Assembly: GCA_951406725.2 (NCBI GenBank)
Contig: OX597834.1
Location: 30,194,001-30,258,000, forward strand
Direction of reading: 5' to 3'
Source of the DNA: Octopus vulgaris
Lineage: Eukaryota
Length of the DNA stretch: 64,000 nucleotides
A program made the position numbers and the translations under genes. Positions 60,149 to 64,000 of the stretch are shown here, piece after piece (positions within the stretch are counted from its first letter, which is position 1; each line of letters starts with the position of its first letter). A model generated the notes under the pieces. The model did no database searches, had not been told where the DNA came from, and saw nothing but the letters and a program-made list of their open reading frames with translations.

Positions 60149-60518
60149 CTGAAAAGACATTTCATTAAATGATGTAATAACAAATAACAAACAAGAAAAG
60201 GAATACATATTTAAAAGGGTTTTGTAGTTATCACTTAATTAAAGGCCCCTTAGTGGTTAGCCCCTACCCTAGATCAGTCTTGAAACAAAATCAGCAGATA
60301 TGCAATAAACAGTGTTCCACACATCTTTTTTTTTTGTTTTCAAAGGTGAGGAGGGATTTGAGGGAGATCCGGCTGCTGTTTCTAGCAAATCAATATTTAT
60401 GCATACACACACACACACACACACACAATGGGCTTCCTACAGTTTCCCAGAATCATATGCACTCACAAGGCATAGGTCAGTCTGGGGCTACTGTAGAAGA
60501 TAACTGCCCACGAATTTA

Positions 60519-60830
<312 letters not shown>

Positions 60831-61416
60831 TTACTTACATGGCACCAGCACCAGAGACATGGTTACGTCCTCAGCAAGACAACAGCTAAAGGATTCTTCC
60901 GATCCCTTTAGCCATTTTGTAACCATATTCCTCTTGAAATATGCTGCCTTTGTTGCAATCAATTTCGTACATAACGAAGAATTTCCTAAAATAATTTTGT
61001 CATTATTTAACTGGTGTTTGGAACATACAAAGGGGTGCTGAAAATAATTAAATATTGGTGCAAGGTACTTTGTCTGATTCTGACAATACTGCCAGTATTA
61101 TTATTACAATTATTATGATTAAAGACAAGCACGCAGATCATTACTGTGCCAGAGAAAATGCTCAGTGGCATTTCTCTTGGATTTCCATTTCATATTTTTG
61201 GGTTCAATAAACACCAGTTGAGCACTGGTACTTATTTTATCCTCACCACTTCAAAATTGCTGGCCTTACACCAAAATAACAACAATGACAAAGAACCACC
61301 ACCACTGCCAGCATCATCATCATCGTCATCCTCGGAATTTTAAAACAAGTAAAATCCATGACCATCAAGAAAGACTTGTCAAATTCTATCAAATGTGAAA
61401 ATGAAGCATTCAATTA

Positions 61417-61749
<333 letters not shown>

Positions 61750-64000
61750 TTATAGAATAAAAGCCATCAAGAATACTATTCGTATCGTAATTATCAAATA
61801 TAACTTTTCTCTCTAAAATTTAATACTTTATTTCCCCAATACAACGCCAGCAGAAAATGTTACATACTTTTATGGTTTCTTTCATAAAAAAATTTTTAGT
61901 TAAAAATTATATTTAAATATCACATCTGTTTACATAACAAGTAGAAGACGCTAATTAATTGAAAGTGGTTGAAGTAATTAATTGGGCATTAATTGCCACT
62001 TGCTTTATTTTTAAAGTAGCAGCTAAAATCTTCAATCCAAAATGGAAAATGGTCAAGTTTACGGAACATAATAATAATAATAATAATAATTTTTTACTAA
62101 TATAAAGCACAAGGCTAATAATTTTCATGTGAAAGGATTAGTCTATACGAGCAACCCCAGCACTTGACTTCTACTTTATTTTGTCAATTGCAATAGGATG
62201 GAAGTGAAGATGCATAGCCTACTCATGACTGCAAGATCATGGTCTCAATTCCTGGACCAGGTGGTGCCTTGAGGTTTTGGGCAAAACACTTCATTTTACA
62301 TTGGTCCACGTCACTCAGCTGTAAACAAGCGACCCTGTGATGGAGCGGTGTCCCATTCTGGAAGGGGAGGTGATCTCAGTCAGCAGTATCCAGGGTTTGA
62401 TGACGGTGACAGTGACGATGATGATGATGATGATGAAAGGGTGAAAGGCACAGTTGATTTCAGCAAGGTTTGATCTCAGAAACCTCACGAGCTTGAAGAA
62501 ATATTCCAAAGCAACTTTTGTTTTCTTTTTTAGTATTTCTTGTAGCTCTTTACATTCTGAGTTCCAATCCCACTGAAGTTATCTTTTCAGGGCCGATAAA
62601 ATAAAGTACCAGTCAAGTACTGCTGGCCTTGTGCCTAAATTAGACTCTAAGAACATGACAGTAATAACTAAAAAGAATAAGACAACTGATTCATCTCTAA
62701 AATTTCTCTTGGATAATTAAAATGACTTTGTAATTCCTAAAATAAAAATAATAATAATAATAAACAAAAACAGAAAATAAAGGAAATAGATTTTAGTTTT
62801 AGACAAACACAAAATCAACAGCAATCCTGAGAACACACAGAAAGTGATTAATTCAACTGGAAAAAAAAAAAAAAAAACTGACAAATAAAATAATTGAAAG
62901 TTATAAAGTCACAGATTAATTATGAAATTGAAATACTGAGTAGCAGTTGATTTGATCTGATGATGTGAGTGATCGTATTGATCCGATACAATAGTGTATG
63001 TTAGGCATCCAAACTATTCACAATCTTGGCTGTTGTTTTAAGAGAAGCCATCTTCTCAACCAAACATTATTTCACAAAAACGAAAAACAAAAAAAAAACA
63101 AAACAAAAAATCTTTTCTTGCAACAAATTGTTGTGTCTTGTCAGAGGTTAATCAATGGTGTTTCACAACAGTCTGTCCCCTAATAAACAATATTGTTTCT
63201 TTGTGCTGGACAGGTTGACAAATGAACTAACCATCACCCAAAAGACTTGGCTGAAAAAACTCTGGTTTCCCCATTTTCCAAAAAAATATAAAATAGTAAA
63301 AGCTATAATCACACACACACACTGCAGGCTTCTGCACAGTTTCTGTCTGCTGAACTCCAGTCACAAAGAAATTGTTGCAAAGTGAATTACTTAACCATAC
63401 AACATGTCTGTATCCATTTCCTATAAGGAGCAGAAGTACACACAATACATGTAGATGTCTAAATGCTTATATATATATATAATATAGATAGATAAACATG
63501 TGTATGTGTATATATATATATATATATATATCATCATCATCATCATCATTGTAATTTAACATCCACTTTCCATGGTGGTGTGGGTTGGACAGTTTGACAG
63601 GAGCTGACCAGGCAGAAAACCACACCAGACTCCTGTGGATTTTCTGGTTGAATACCCTTCCAAATATCACCCATTCTGGAGAGAGGACTGAGTACTTTTT
63701 ACATGGTACGAGCACAAGTGAGGTCAGTTTTGGCAGGGTTTTTACAGCTGGATGCCCTTCCAAACACCAACCACTTTATAAGGTGGACTGGGTGCTTTTT
63801 ACATGGCAGGGTCACTAGGTAACTTGCAAGACAAAGATCCTGTGAGAGGGGAAGGGGACACTAGATGAGATGATCTTGTGACAGATGATGAAAGGTTAGA
63901 GTGTGACAGAGAGACAGAAACAGGAGTCTTGCTGTAGGGGAAGTACGTGGTTACCCGGCCAAGAGATCAAGAACGAGGACAGAAACAGGTAACATAGCCA

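Overview
AT-rich, microsatellite- and retroposon-dense eukaryotic DNA. The SINE and LINE complement points to a coleoid cephalopod, probably Octopus (inference). Two minus-strand spliced genes are supported. (1) A secreted multi-Sushi/CCP protein: a candidate TATA promoter near 35.5 kb, a signal-peptide exon at 34453-34549, and 12 single-domain CCP exons between 29174 and 663. All 12 are GT-AG, phase 1-1 and multiples of 3; they give at least ~810 codons and the gene runs off the left edge. (2) The last four coding exons and 3' UTR of a protein kinase N (PKN/PRK2-like) gene at 58840-61539. The rest is tRNA-derived SINEs with shuffled modules, RTE and CR1 LINE fragments, Tc1/mariner and piggyBac-like elements, Penelope-like GIY-YIG remnants with degenerate hammerheads, long intronic palindromes and simple repeats. 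Most ORFs in the supplied track are translated microsatellites or SINEs. The main points of interest are the freely recombinable CCP exon array with a conserved His signature, two candidate dead CCP exons, and long hairpins bracketing one CCP exon.
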